Assembly (NCBI RefSeq): GCF_001194135.2
Contig: NC_068991.1
Coordinates: forward strand, 25,549,695-25,613,467
Length of the DNA: 63,773 nt
Source: Octopus bimaculoides
Lineage: Eukaryota
Direction: 5' to 3'
Positions 1-11,444 of this stretch are shown here, one piece after another (positions within the stretch are counted from its first letter, which is position 1; each line of letters opens with the position of its first letter). A program made the translations under genes and the position numbers. The notes under the pieces were generated by a model. The model was not told where the DNA came from. It did not search any database and saw only the letters and a list, made by a program, of their open reading frames with translations.

Positions 1-36
<36 letters not shown>

Positions 37-60
37 CATGCACACATTTATACATGCATG
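1..60. repeat. (TA)n grading into (TACA)n microsatellite
   Basis: Directly visible dinucleotide and tetranucleotide run at the window start. Confidence 0.95.
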
Positions 61-759
61 TATGAATTCATGCAAATGTGTACGTACACATATAGATGGA
101 TAGCTGGCTGAGAAAACAAAAATATATAGTACTTTTCGGTAAATACCGAGCGCTGAGCTTGAAATCTTGACTAAAATTGCCTTTCAAATATACATATGCT
201 ACATATCGGAAACATGGACATCTAGACTAAGTGCATAATTCATATCCTATTCATATATAAACATTTACATACAATTAATTACTACTCATCTTCGTTTTAT
301 ATAACTATCAACACCGATTCGCCAAGTACACATATATATAAACAAGAATGTTCTTGAAAACAAGCACTCACAAATATTTGAAGTATACACACAGTTCTCT
401 CCCCCTTACCTCCATTTGTCTCTTAGGCATTCCAACACATTTTTCTTCTCAATTCCGCGTGCCTCCAGTAAATAGCCTTCTCGTAAACGCTAGTAGATAT
501 TTCTGTACTGTTTTTTTAAATTTTCAATTCTGTTTTCTAATTTTACCTCTTGGTTGTCTCTCTGTTGCCAATGACGGTGAAATAAGTACCAAAAAACCAT
601 ATACTTTCATTCTTCAACCATTCAGTGGCAATTGTTTTCTACCGTGTACTTCATTCTCAATCATCTGGAATATTTAAATATATTGTTTCTCTACGCTGCT
701 GCATTTAGATTACCAATTCCGGCTCCCTTACATTACAATTTTAGATCGATTTTATTGCC

Positions 760-760
<1 letters not shown>

Positions 761-795
<35 letters not shown>

Positions 796-870
796 CCCTC
801 TCTTTATAGATAGATAGGTAGATAGATACATACATACATAAACAGACAGACAGACAGACAAACAAATATA
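761..870. repeat. Compound tetranucleotide microsatellite (TCTA)n/(TAGA)n/(TACA)n/(CAGA)n
   Basis: Directly visible; runs into the gap at 871. Confidence 0.95.
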
Positions 871-1002
871 NNNNNNNNNNNNNNNNNNNNNNNNNNNNNN
901 NNNNNNNNNNNNNNNNNNNNNNNNNNNNNNNNNNNNNNNNNNNNNNNNNNNNNNNNNNNNNNNNNNNNNNNNNNNNNNNNNNNNNNNNNNNNNNNNNNNN
1001 NN

Positions 1003-1046
<44 letters not shown>

Positions 1047-1056
1047 TGTGCGTGCG

Positions 1057-1096
<40 letters not shown>

Positions 1097-3292
1097 TATA
1101 TATATATATATATATGTATTATTTTTCAAATGCGCGTATATATACATCTGCATGTATATATATACAAATGACACATAAACATGCACATATATGTATCTGC
1201 ATGCAGTTGCTAATAATACAAATTTTCTGGCAACTGATGTTTGCACGCCACTTATATATCAAGCCATAAATGCGACTATTTATTTGAACTTCCCGTGATC
1301 CAAGTTCTTATAGTTCTGGATGAGACAAAAGTTATTTCACCTTCAAGCAATATTTCAAATAAATAATGGAAAATGTAATGTGAAGTTTGTCTGCAAAAGA
1401 GTTATTAATAGCATGGCGGCACTGTCCTAGGAACTTATCCTGAACATTTCTATAAGAGCTTTATTAGTCCGGCGATATCGATAATGATGTTACGAAATCA
1501 ACGGTGAACACTCGCTTTGCATATACACGTCTTTGTATAAACACTTATAATATGCAGATCAGCAGCTCTAATTCTCTCTAGTTATTAGATGTGTTATGTA
1601 TATAAACAGCTTGTCTTCTTATTTCACTGGAATTGTTCAGGTGATGTAGACAACCCTGATGAGATCTTAATAAGTGTCGAAAATCGGATGTCTGCTATCT
1701 AACTTTTCTCAGTCTACTGGAAATACTTAAATTTGACGTTTGCATGACTACAACAAAACTGGCACGCCCGCACACGCACACACATACACACACACATATA
1801 CACAAGGATATGATACATATACACACACACACGTATATATGTGCATAGAAGTATTCATATACATAATGTTATACATATACAAATATATACGAATAGCAAC
1901 ATATATATANNNNNNNNNNNNNNNNNNNNNNNNNNNNNNNNNNNNNNNNNNNNNNNNNNNNNNNNNNNNNNNNNNNNNNNNNNNNNNNNNNNNNNNNNNN
2001 NNNNNNNNNNNNNNNNNNNNNNNNNNNNNNNNNNNNNNNNNNNNNNNNNNNNNNNNNNNNNNNNNNNNNNNNNNNNNNNNNNNNNNNNNNNNNNNNNNNN
2101 NNNNNNNNNNNNNNNNNNNNNNNNNNNNNNNNNNNNNNNNNNNNNNNNNNNNNNNNNNNNNNNNNNNNNNNNNNNNNNNNNNNNNNNNNNNNNNNNNNNN
2201 NNNNNNNNNNNNNNNNNNNNNNNNNNNNNNNNNNNNNNNNNNNNNNNNNNNNNNNNNNNNNNNNNNNNNNNNNNNNNNNNNNNNNNNNNNNNNNNNNNNN
2301 NNNNNNNNNNNNNNNNNNNNNNNNNNNNNNNNNNNNNNNNNNNNNNNNNNNNNNNNNNNNNNNNNNNNNNNNNNNNNNNNNNNNNNNNNNNNNNNNNNNN
2401 NNNNNNNNNNNNNNNNNNNNNNNNNNNNNNNNNNNNNNNNNNNNNNNNNNNNNNNNNNNNNNNNNNNNNNNNNNNNNNNNNNNNNNNNNNNNNNNNNNNN
2501 NNNNNNNNNNNNNNNNNNNNNNNNNNNNNNNNNNNNNNNNNNNNNNNNNNNNNNNNNNNNNNNNNNNNNNNNNNNNNNNNNNNNNNNNNNNNNNNNNNNN
2601 NNNNNNCATACACATATAATGATTGTGCTTGTGTGTGAATGAAGAAATTCTGGGATGTACAAAGGAATTTATTTGAAAGTTTTGTATTTTATATACCTGA
2701 CATTAAAAATGGTTAACTGATAAAACAAAAAAAAACGCAACGCGTTCTCTTGAATCCAGCAGCCATCGCACTTCCAAATCTAAATCTATATTTATAGTAC
2801 GAGCTATAAACAACATCTTATTAAAACACTTGTTTTCTTCTCTCTATTTTTGTTTCTTTGCAGCCTTCTTCGTATTTTCACTCATTAGACATCTTTCTCA
2901 CTTCTTACTTGTCCCCCCCCCCTTATTTTCACTATCTACCTTCTCTCTGTGTGTTTGTCTCTATATCTCTATATCTCTCTCTTATTTGTGCTGCGAGTAG
3001 CGTGAACTACATTATCTGAATAGGAGCCAACCAGGAAACCCTCTATGAAGTCTTCACTCAACTGCCTAGACATAGCAGTTGAGTTCATCATGTTACTCTC
3101 TTCAGTGTTAAATCATAAAAACTATACATTGACTTATAGAGACACAGTTGTACAAAATTCCTGGAGCTCTTTCTGACCTTAGTTCTGCCTGATAAGAGCT
3201 CACCTGAAGCAAACTATTGAAAAAAAGAAGCAGACAATTTACTGTTTCATTTTTATGTTATGTAATTCAGATGCAGTGTAGTCCACTTGAAA

Positions 3293-3295
3293 GAA

Positions 3296-3348
<53 letters not shown>
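3293..3348. repeat. (GA)n microsatellite
   Basis: Directly visible. Confidence 0.95.
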
Positions 3349-3351
<3 letters not shown>

Positions 3352-3489
3352 GAGTGAGAATGTGAGAGCTGGAGAAGGAAGAGCGAAAGAGACAGGGATG
3401 GTGGGTGTGTGGTATGCGTATGTTCATAGAAAATGTTCCTGTACATATTGTGACGGCCGTAATATAAGGGTATTACAAATAATATATGA

Positions 3490-3830
3490 AAGTGCCTGGT
3501 TTAGTGGATAAGGCGAGAAATTCAGTGCGGTTTAGATTACTGCATTGTATTGTTGAGCATCATTACACGTTGCTCCAGTCTACAGGTGCAATTCAGTACC
3601 ATCTTAGTACTGGTACAGACTCTCTCTCGCCTACCAGCTGATACAGACTAGATTTTTTAATGGGTGAAGTAAGCGAGGGCCAAGAAGGAAATTTGTGTCT
3701 GTTAGCGACTAAATACGCTCCTAAAACAATTCACAAAAGCCTGATATGCGGTAACATGGTACACTTGATTGCGAATGACGACTGAATAGAAGGCAAATAT
3801 TATTGATGTGACTACAATGTACTCCAAGTG
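3490..3830 (+). mobile_element. Old, decayed tRNA-derived SINE
   Basis: Degenerate A-box-like 'ggtttagtggataagg' followed by 'cacgttgctccagtc', the reverse complement of 'gactggagcaacgtg' in the SINE at 59.7-60.0 kb. Confidence 0.45.
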
Positions 3831-4252
3831 TGATACTTCAACTATCGTCGGAACTCAGAGGTGTGGCGAGGATTTGCACTGTAACGTGCCATAATGGCCA
3901 ATTTTATACGTATGCACTGCCGTAGTAATCTACAGGCTATTAAACTGACCCCCAGTATTCGACTGGCTGCATTGTTTTATTGACCTTGAAATGATGAAAT
4001 TCAAGGTCGACATACATGTTAACAGCGATCTGTTACTAAATACAATAAGGCAACAGTGATCTGTTTTTGAATACAATAAGGCAACTTGCCCAACAATCAA
4101 CTGGTTCTTCCAAATCAATGCTATAACTGCGTAGTCTGCACAAGATCTAGTTTTGTTTGATATATTTATCAAAGTTTTATTGCCATTGCTTTTAATGTTA
4201 CTTGTACCATTTATCTCTCCTTTTTCATCTCTTTCTTCTTATTTTCATCATT

Positions 4253-4797
4253 GTAGGACGGATCCAGGTATCAGCCGAGTCCGTCGTAATAATTACCCCG
4301 CCACCTTACTTTGACCGGGAAGGAAAGGCAGTTTCCCTGTTTGATGGCTATGGCGAAAGAGGTAGTGTGATGGACAACATTGAAAGGACTGAAGACAGCT
4401 ACTTTGTTCTTCAGCTAAGCCCTCATCGACCTTTTCAAGTCCCACCTGAAAAAGAGAGTGAGAATAGATAGGGAAGTTCTGCCCCGACAGTAAATTTGTT
4501 GAAAGGTGGGTGAATGTGGCGAGGATGGCCCGTGTGAATGGACCTACTCTGAATTTTTGCTTTTAAACATGAGTTTTAGAAGATGAGAGGCGCCTGCTGA
4601 AGTGCATCTGGCGGTCAGGATATCCAGAATGTGTGAGGATCCACGGTTGTCCGTGTGAGGAACTTTTGGGAAATTTTATTGTTTAATTGGCTTTTTAATT
4701 GTTTTCATTACTTATTTTATGTTAAACACTTACTTGTCCTTTGTATTGTTTCGTCCATATTTGTTTTGTGTTCGGCCATTGTTGCCAATAAAAGAAA
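4253..4797 (+). mobile_element. 5'-truncated Tx1/L1-clade LINE: ORF2 C-terminus plus 3' UTR
   Basis: Frameshifted translation VGRIQVSAESVVIITPPPYFDREGKAVSL/CLMAMAKEVV*WTTLKGLKT..ALIDLFKSHLKKRVRIDREVL/SKFVERWVNVARMARVNGPTL resembles the Tx1-type ORF2 end (..R..F..RW). An AATAAA signal near 4787 precedes the simple-repeat tail. Confidence 0.7.
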
Positions 4798-4842
4798 TTA
4801 TTGTTATTATTATTATCATCATCATCATCATCATCATTATTA

Positions 4843-4882
<40 letters not shown>
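4798..4882. repeat. (TAT)n/(CAT)n microsatellite
   Basis: Directly visible; lies between two LINE 3' ends. Confidence 0.95.
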
Positions 4883-4884
<2 letters not shown>

Positions 4885-5157
4885 GAAAACTCACACCTTA
4901 TTTTGCTGGGTATGATGGAAAGTGTCGGCTGTCCACAGCCTGCAGACTAAGGTGACACTTGTTTACTGGTCATGCTTCAAGAACCCTGCGAAGAATTCCA
5001 AGCAGTTCCGGTCCTCTGTATCTGTCTTGGCTTTCACATCTCTGGCAAACTGACCGTACATCTTTTTCCTGCCATGCTTTTTTTTTCTTTTGTTCATTTC
5101 TTGTTCAAATTTTTCTTTCGTAAACACAATTTTCAGTTTTGATACCGCTGGCCTTCA

Positions 5158-5158
<1 letters not shown>
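4883..5158 (-). mobile_element. R4/Dong-clade LINE 3' fragment with a large internal deletion, embedded in (TAA)n
   Basis: Minus strand reads KASGIKTENCV..KAWQEKKMYGQFARDVKAKTD, joined directly to the terminal GTA./ILRRVLEA* (stop at 4970-4972), then an ~85-nt 3' UTR and (AAT)n. (ATT)n also lies at 5159-5200. Confidence 0.75.

Positions 5159-5200
<42 letters not shown>
5159..5200. repeat. (ATT)n microsatellite
   Basis: Directly visible. Confidence 0.95.
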
Positions 5201-5202
<2 letters not shown>

Positions 5203-5539
5203 ATTTGCTGTGGAGTATTACAGACTTACATTCTAACGCAGTACGAGAGCTTCGGCTATGATTGTTGTTTATACTCCCTTGTTATCGTTTTATGTGCTAA
5301 ATCTTTGTTCAAATTTGTTAATAAGAACACCAGTAATCCCTTGGTCTGTGTTTTGCCTTCATAAAACGCTCATCTAATTTTTAAAAAGCAGACACGTATA
5401 CAAGATGGTGTCATCAACTGCCATCATAGGATCATCGAGGGAGAGAACCGCTCCTATCAGCCATCCCTCAAACGAATATTTTCCTCCTCTTCCGTTATTC
5501 ACTCCTCTAGAATTCTATGAACTTAAAGATGACAGCGGC

Positions 5540-5930
5540 GATACCACCACCACCACCACCACAACAACAACACCAACAACAACAACTACAACAACAAAAA
5601 GAATAACAACCTGAATAGTGTCGGAGCACGAGAAGCATGTAATATCGCAAGAAAAATCAGCAGCAGCAACATCATATCGTCATTCACCACCATCATCACT
5701 ACAAGTAGCACGAAGTTAAGCAACGGAGATAGCGAAAACGACAGAAAACACAGCAGCCTCACCGCCACCATCATAGGTAACTGTAAACCTACCAACATCA
5801 AAACGACAGCCACTATAACAACAAGCAGTATTAAAATGAAAAGCAAGAACACGGTGAACAACAAAAACTGTGCCGAACAACATAAACAGCGACACCAAAA
5901 AAAAAAAAGCAAGGAGAAAGAGTAACAACA
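5540..5930. repeat. Degenerate trinucleotide low-complexity tract (ACC/ACA/AGC/ATC)
   Basis: Pure (ACC)n/(ACA)n at 5542-5612 decaying into mixed triplets. Confidence 0.7.
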
Positions 5931-6807
5931 GTGTCAACGTTAGGGACCTTTGGCCATGTTGATTCCCGGGTAACTGTCACCTTCAATGCCCAATATGGCA
6001 GAATTATGTTCTGCTGTGTGTAGATAACCTGACTGCTACACGTGGGAAGCAAAACTATCGTGTAAACGTTTCTGCGCAGAAGGTACATATGCAGCTGCAA
6101 CAAATAGAGCAATTGCTGCCGAAACTGGTGAATCGGCAATTGAAACTTCATGTCCTTTCTTCTAAGAGTGACCACGATAACCTAGTCAACCCCTCATTCC
6201 CAACTACAATCATTGAAGAAAGAGAAAACCACCGACAGCTATAACGACAGAAAACAACACGAATCTCTCAAAGTACTCCCTCACTACAGCAGGAGGTCAT
6301 CGACTTACGAGTATAACAAACAGAGGCTGACGGGTAAAAACGAAGCAACGTAATAAAAATTGCTAAAAGTTGTGAAGTAGTGTATACTTCTGGCCAAGAA
6401 GGAGCCCTCACCATTGAAGAGAGTCGATATCCAATAAAGAACAAATGACTGACGTGAGAGAGTAACAAAAGAAAGAAGTTTTAAAAACAGTTATACAATA
6501 TACGCAAAGAATATCAGAACGAAGTTAGGATCGAGAAAGCAATGGGACCACATTTTAAACAGCATAAACCCAACAGAATAACATTTCAAACCTCAAATAG
6601 ACTTTACGAAGTTTAATGTTTTAATTGACCAGAAAATGTTCCTCTTCACTCGTGTGCAATATATCAAAGGAATCTCCAACCTTCACGATACTATAACGAA
6701 ACATACTGCTGGTGTTTATTGGGGAAGTAGGGTTTCCTGATCAACGCAAGGGGATGTTTTAGTTATTGGGTTTTTTTTATTAACATATTTTAAAGATTTC
6801 TTTCTGC

Positions 6808-7030
6808 GTAAGGCAGCAAGCTGGCAGAATTTGTTAGCACAGCAGACTACAAAATTAGTGACATTTCGTCCATCTTCAAGTTCGAGGTTCAAATTCTGCC
6901 AACGCTGGTTTTGCCTTCCATCATTTATGGGTCGATAAAATAAGTATTAGTTGAGCACTGGGATCGTTGTAACAAAACCTACTTACCCTCTTCCTCGATA
7001 TTGCTAAACTTGTGTCAAAATTTGAAAGCG
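6808..7030 (+). mobile_element. SINE, family 'A' (aggcggcgagctggcagaatcgttagc...gtcgataaaataagtaccagttgag...aaaatttgaaacc)
   Basis: Colinear with copies at 38100-38310 and 55762-55962; B-box-like 'gttcaaattc'. Confidence 0.85.
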
Positions 7031-7329
7031 ATGTTTGTTTCCATGTTAAATCTGTCTTTTATATATTTTTAAACCAGGCAACTTCATATCGTATAACATC
7101 TTTCACCACACTCCTTAACTGTGTATATCCTATCCGTTCCGTCCCGCACATCGTTGTAGGTCCTATGTTTAACGTTACCTTGGATTTCTTTTTTGTATGT
7201 CTCAGAGCTTTTGTAATTAAAATGTACAGATTGTTTTATTTTCGTTGTTGTTGTTATAATTACTTTGCTAGAAATCCACATTGCAAGTGCGACTTTCTAG
7301 TATTGTCCTGGATTGAAGCCAACAGTTAG

Positions 7330-7500
7330 AGCAATTCTTATTGTTGCTGTTGCTGCTACTGTTGATCATGTTGTCGACCATACTGCTGCTGACGTTGTTT
7401 CACACAATTTTTGTGTTTTTATCGGCGTCATCATTCTGTCCTCCTCCTTCTCCTCCTCCTCGTCGTCGTCGTCATGGTCATCGTTGTCGTCGTCGTGTGT
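7330..7500. repeat. Degenerate GTT/GCT/TCC/GTC triplet tract
   Basis: Directly visible low complexity. Confidence 0.7.
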
Positions 7501-8559
7501 GTTAGAGGAAAAGTGTACTGTGAATGGTATTTCACGTCGTCCTTTTCCCAGTACAGCGCTGCTTATTTAGAAAGAAATAGAAAATGAGAAAAAAAAGGGG
7601 CCGGGTATTGACTAAGTATTTATTATTTTTTTTAGTATTTTCTTTTAGAGAGATCAGACTGTGAAGAATTCAATTAACCACATTGGGATTTTAACTCAGT
7701 TCGCTATATACTACAGTAAATGCAGCATTTCTGTCATTTCTACTATGAGATATACACAGCATGAGATTAAACCAGAGCGTCGGAGAGAATGTCTTCTGGT
7801 ATTTGTTTCAACTCACCACTCTGGAGTCAAATCCTAAAAAGAAAATACCAATCCAGGGCGATGGATTATCGAAACTCGATGACTTTCAGATCGAATATCT
7901 CACAGCTGCAGCTTTTGTTTTTCCTTACTAAATCCGTCACCTGCTTTAGCACGATTACTTGGCAGATTGGGTACATTTAGCCGAGTCCACTCTGATGAAA
8001 CCTTTTGGGGTGAGTCATAAGTTTAGGGATAACTTTCTCTCTCTCTCTCTGTCTTTATCTTCCCCTCTCTGTCTCTCAGTTTTATTTGTCAAGTCAGTAA
8101 AGTGATCTACATAGTTTAAATAAAAGCCAACGAGAAAACTGTACGGGGTCTTTACGAACTTGCTAGAAATACCAGTAAAATCTTTTACAAATCAAGCGTA
8201 TCGGTCAGGGTACAGTTGTTTAAAGGCTTACTCTATGAGCTTTGAGCTTGGATCAAATTTTGACAACAGCGACAACATTTCACACATGACAGGAGTAAAC
8301 CAGACAGAAACACACACCATATGGTGTTATAGTAAGCATGACTGTGCTGTTTTGAAGTGCATTTACTTACTATGTGGTTTCGGTTTCAATACTGTTGCGC
8401 TGCACTGTAGACGCTTCTCTTTTACCATAGAAGAATTTGATAAACGTTAGGAGAATTTGATAAACGTCATATAACTCTTCGACATAATCTACCCCTTGGC
8501 TCAACAACCAGCAACTGGGTACTCTTTAGCAGAGTCTACTTTGTTACAAGCACGCGGGC

Positions 8560-8790
8560 AGAATCTATCGCTGGTCTGAGGATAACATATTCACTCCTCC
8601 TTCTCCCCTTTATCCTTCCACTAGACTCTAAAGTCTCGAAATTCGCCTCTGGTTATGCATTTCAGCGAAGTAGACTGAAGTAATGTGAAATACTGTGCTT
8701 TGTCCAAGAACACAATATGCTGCCCCGTCCAGGAATCAAACTCACGATATTATGTATATATGATCAACATTAACCGTTATGCCATGCACC
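8560..8790 (-). mobile_element. tRNA-derived SINE (head at right end)
   Basis: 'gtgaaatactgtgctttgtccaagaacacaatatgctgccccgtccaggaatcaaactcacgat' parallels the head region of the SINE at 59900-60017. Confidence 0.65.
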
Positions 8791-10019
8791 TGTGCACACA
8801 TACCAGAAGGGATAATGACAACAATAACAATGTCTAACATAGACACGAAGCCATAGAGTTCCGAGGAAGTAGGTTTAGTAGTTTATATCGACTTTGTATT
8901 TGATTTGTTCTTAGTCTATCGATCCTGCAAGAATAACAGGCGAAGTCACTACCCGAAGACATTTCGTCCTGTCTTTTGTCGTTTCACCATTGTTAAAAGA
9001 GTAACAATCATAATAGGGGCATTCTTTTCCAGCCATAAGAAAGTAATATAATAAAAAAAGCCAGTTACAGCACAAAAGACCACCATAGCTGCTTAGAGGT
9101 TTAGCGGCGTGAATCGAAATGCTCCAAACCGGAAATGAAAATCACGTCGCAGACTTGGTTCAGTATCAGCTTCCTGATTTCTTCACAGTATTAATAAATA
9201 TAGTAAACTATTCAAACTATGCATATAACATTAGTCACTGTATATATATATAAGCCTTACATTTATTTCTTCTTAGCTTTTTATGCATTAAACATTACAA
9301 TACATTACCTATTGCTGTTTTGTGGCTGTCGTTTTTCTTAATTGTTCAGTTGATCTTTTTTACATTCGCTGTGTTTAATATGCTAACATTATTTTAAAAT
9401 TTTATTTCCGGCATACCGTGTTTTAGAATGATCTATTTTCTATCAAACATGTCTTGGAATCAAAGCTAATGATTATATTATGACTATCAGGGCATATTAT
9501 AATATTATAGAAACTGACTAAATAAAGACTTACAGTTTATAAACTCTTCCTTCTTTTAAGCTGCAAGATCTAATTCCACTAGGAGCGATTTTTCTTTGAA
9601 TCTTCTTAATATATTTATAACATACTCGGTAAATTCATCTGAGTACTTGTGTGTGTCTATGGACATGTGAACTAATATTTAATCAATGTTAGAAATTAAT
9701 ACTACATAGTGAAGCTTTGAATTCTACCAGAGTAAACAAGGAAGCATTTAAGATTTACGGGGTCTAGCAATCCATTAGAAATACCAGCTAAATGTATCTG
9801 GGAAAACACGCTCAGAGTTTTGTGAGATAACTTATTACTATATTAGGATACTGATTGTTTCAATATATCACATATGTTACAGATGTGAGAGAGATAGAAC
9901 GCAAAACCTTTCTGCATACTGGTTTAGACTTCCATACAGAAATATGCAAAGATAAGATGTGTGTAAGATGTAGCAAGCCCTGGATTCACCTTAGCAGTTA
10001 TAATTGATACACAAAATAG

Positions 10020-10350
10020 TGTGAATAATAACATTTGGGAATGACATCGCCACAGCGTAAATAAAAAGTTCATTTTACTGGATGACACATTGAGCCAATG
10101 TTTTATGCTACAGATTTGGATTCACTAATGTATTATGAATAGATTTTGGAAGATGAAAAGTGAGTAGTAGCCCTTCATGTATGGCCAGTGACAAAATACT
10201 TCACACTCATACGATGCGAAATGCAGATTATTATATATTTGCTTGGAAGCGACGCTATGTATCATACTGTACAAGGATGAACTGATTAACAACATATCTG
10301 AAATCATTTTGAGGTGCAAACACAGGTTTAGAAAATCCTTTAAAAATAAC
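10020..10350 (+). mobile_element. Penelope-like element remnant (GIY-YIG endonuclease C-terminus); weaker similarity may extend upstream to ~9700
   Basis: KCRLLYICLEATLCIILYKDELINNISEIILRCKHRFRKSF (10219-10340) fits the PLE terminal pattern C..C.EE..I....N..SE...C.H. Upstream NRFWKMK resembles the (Y/F)IWxLK motif. Confidence 0.55.
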
Positions 10351-10595
10351 GGGAAAGCATTTAATACAGCACATTTAATTATTTTAATAATATAAGCGAA
10401 CATTTTAATTGTGCGACCATCGGTAAACATGTGTACATATATCTACTGCAGTATTGCTGGAGGGAGATGATTATGTTAATGTATGCATATAACTATATGT
10501 GTTTACCTATACCCTATTATCTTTTACCAATATGGTAATTTTTAGATTTTCATATCAGCATAATTATTATATATTATTCAAAATTTTATTAATAT

Positions 10596-10634
<39 letters not shown>

Positions 10635-11199
10635 NNNNNNNNNNNNNNNNNNNNNNNNNNNNNNNNNNNNNNNNNNNNNNNNNNNNNNNNNNNNNNNNNN
10701 NNNNNNNNNNNNNNNNNNNNNNNNNNNNNNNNNNNNNNNNNNNNNNNNNNNNNNNNNNNNNNNNNNNNNNNNNNNNNNNNNNNNNNNNNNNNNNNNNNNN
10801 NNNNNNNNNNNNNNNNNNNNNNNNNNNNNNNNNNNNNNNNNNNNNNNNNNNNNNNNNNNNNNNNNNNNNNNNNNNNNNNNNNNNNNNNNNNNNNNNNNNN
10901 NNNNNNNNNNNNNNNNNNNNNNNNNNNNNNNNNNNNNNNNNNNNNNNNNNNNNNNNNNNNNNNNNNNNNNNNNNNNNNNNNNNNNNNNNNNNNNNNNNNN
11001 NNNNNNNNNNNNNNNNNNNNNNNNNNNNNNNNNNNNNNNNNNNNNNNNNNNNNNNNNNNNNNNNNNNNNNNNNNNNNNNNNNNNNNNNNNNNNNNNNNNN
11101 NNNNNNNNNNNNNNNNNNNNNNNNNNNNNNNNNNNNNNNNNNNNNNNNNNNNNNNNNNNNNNNNNNNNNNNNATATATACATATATATATATATATATT

Positions 11200-11444
11200 A
11201 CGGAGATGTACTTGCATGGCAAGTGACCTGATCAGAGATCGTGAGCTGGAACGAAAACAATTGAAGCGTTGAAGGTGTTTATAAGCCAAACACCAATTGT
11301 GCTGCACAATTTTGTCAGTGAACAGGTCACGGTCTCAAAGCGACGGAAATATTTTGACAAATTAAATTTAAATGTTGAAGTGAATCTGACGGCTTTTGTG
11401 TGTTATTTTAAATGGCTTATAAACACGTTCCACGCTGCAATTGT
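11200..11444. mobile_element. Interspersed repeat with 32-bp inverted arms (11257-11288 / 11413-11444)
   Basis: acaattgaagcgttgaaggtgtttataagcca versus the reverse complement of tggcttataaacacgttccacgctgcaattgt: 3 mismatches. Confidence 0.6.

Noticed and set aside
3204-3288. Minus-strand acceptor/donor pair after the (CT)n tract
   Set aside because: Stops in all three frames, and the strong polypyrimidine tract is just the microsatellite.
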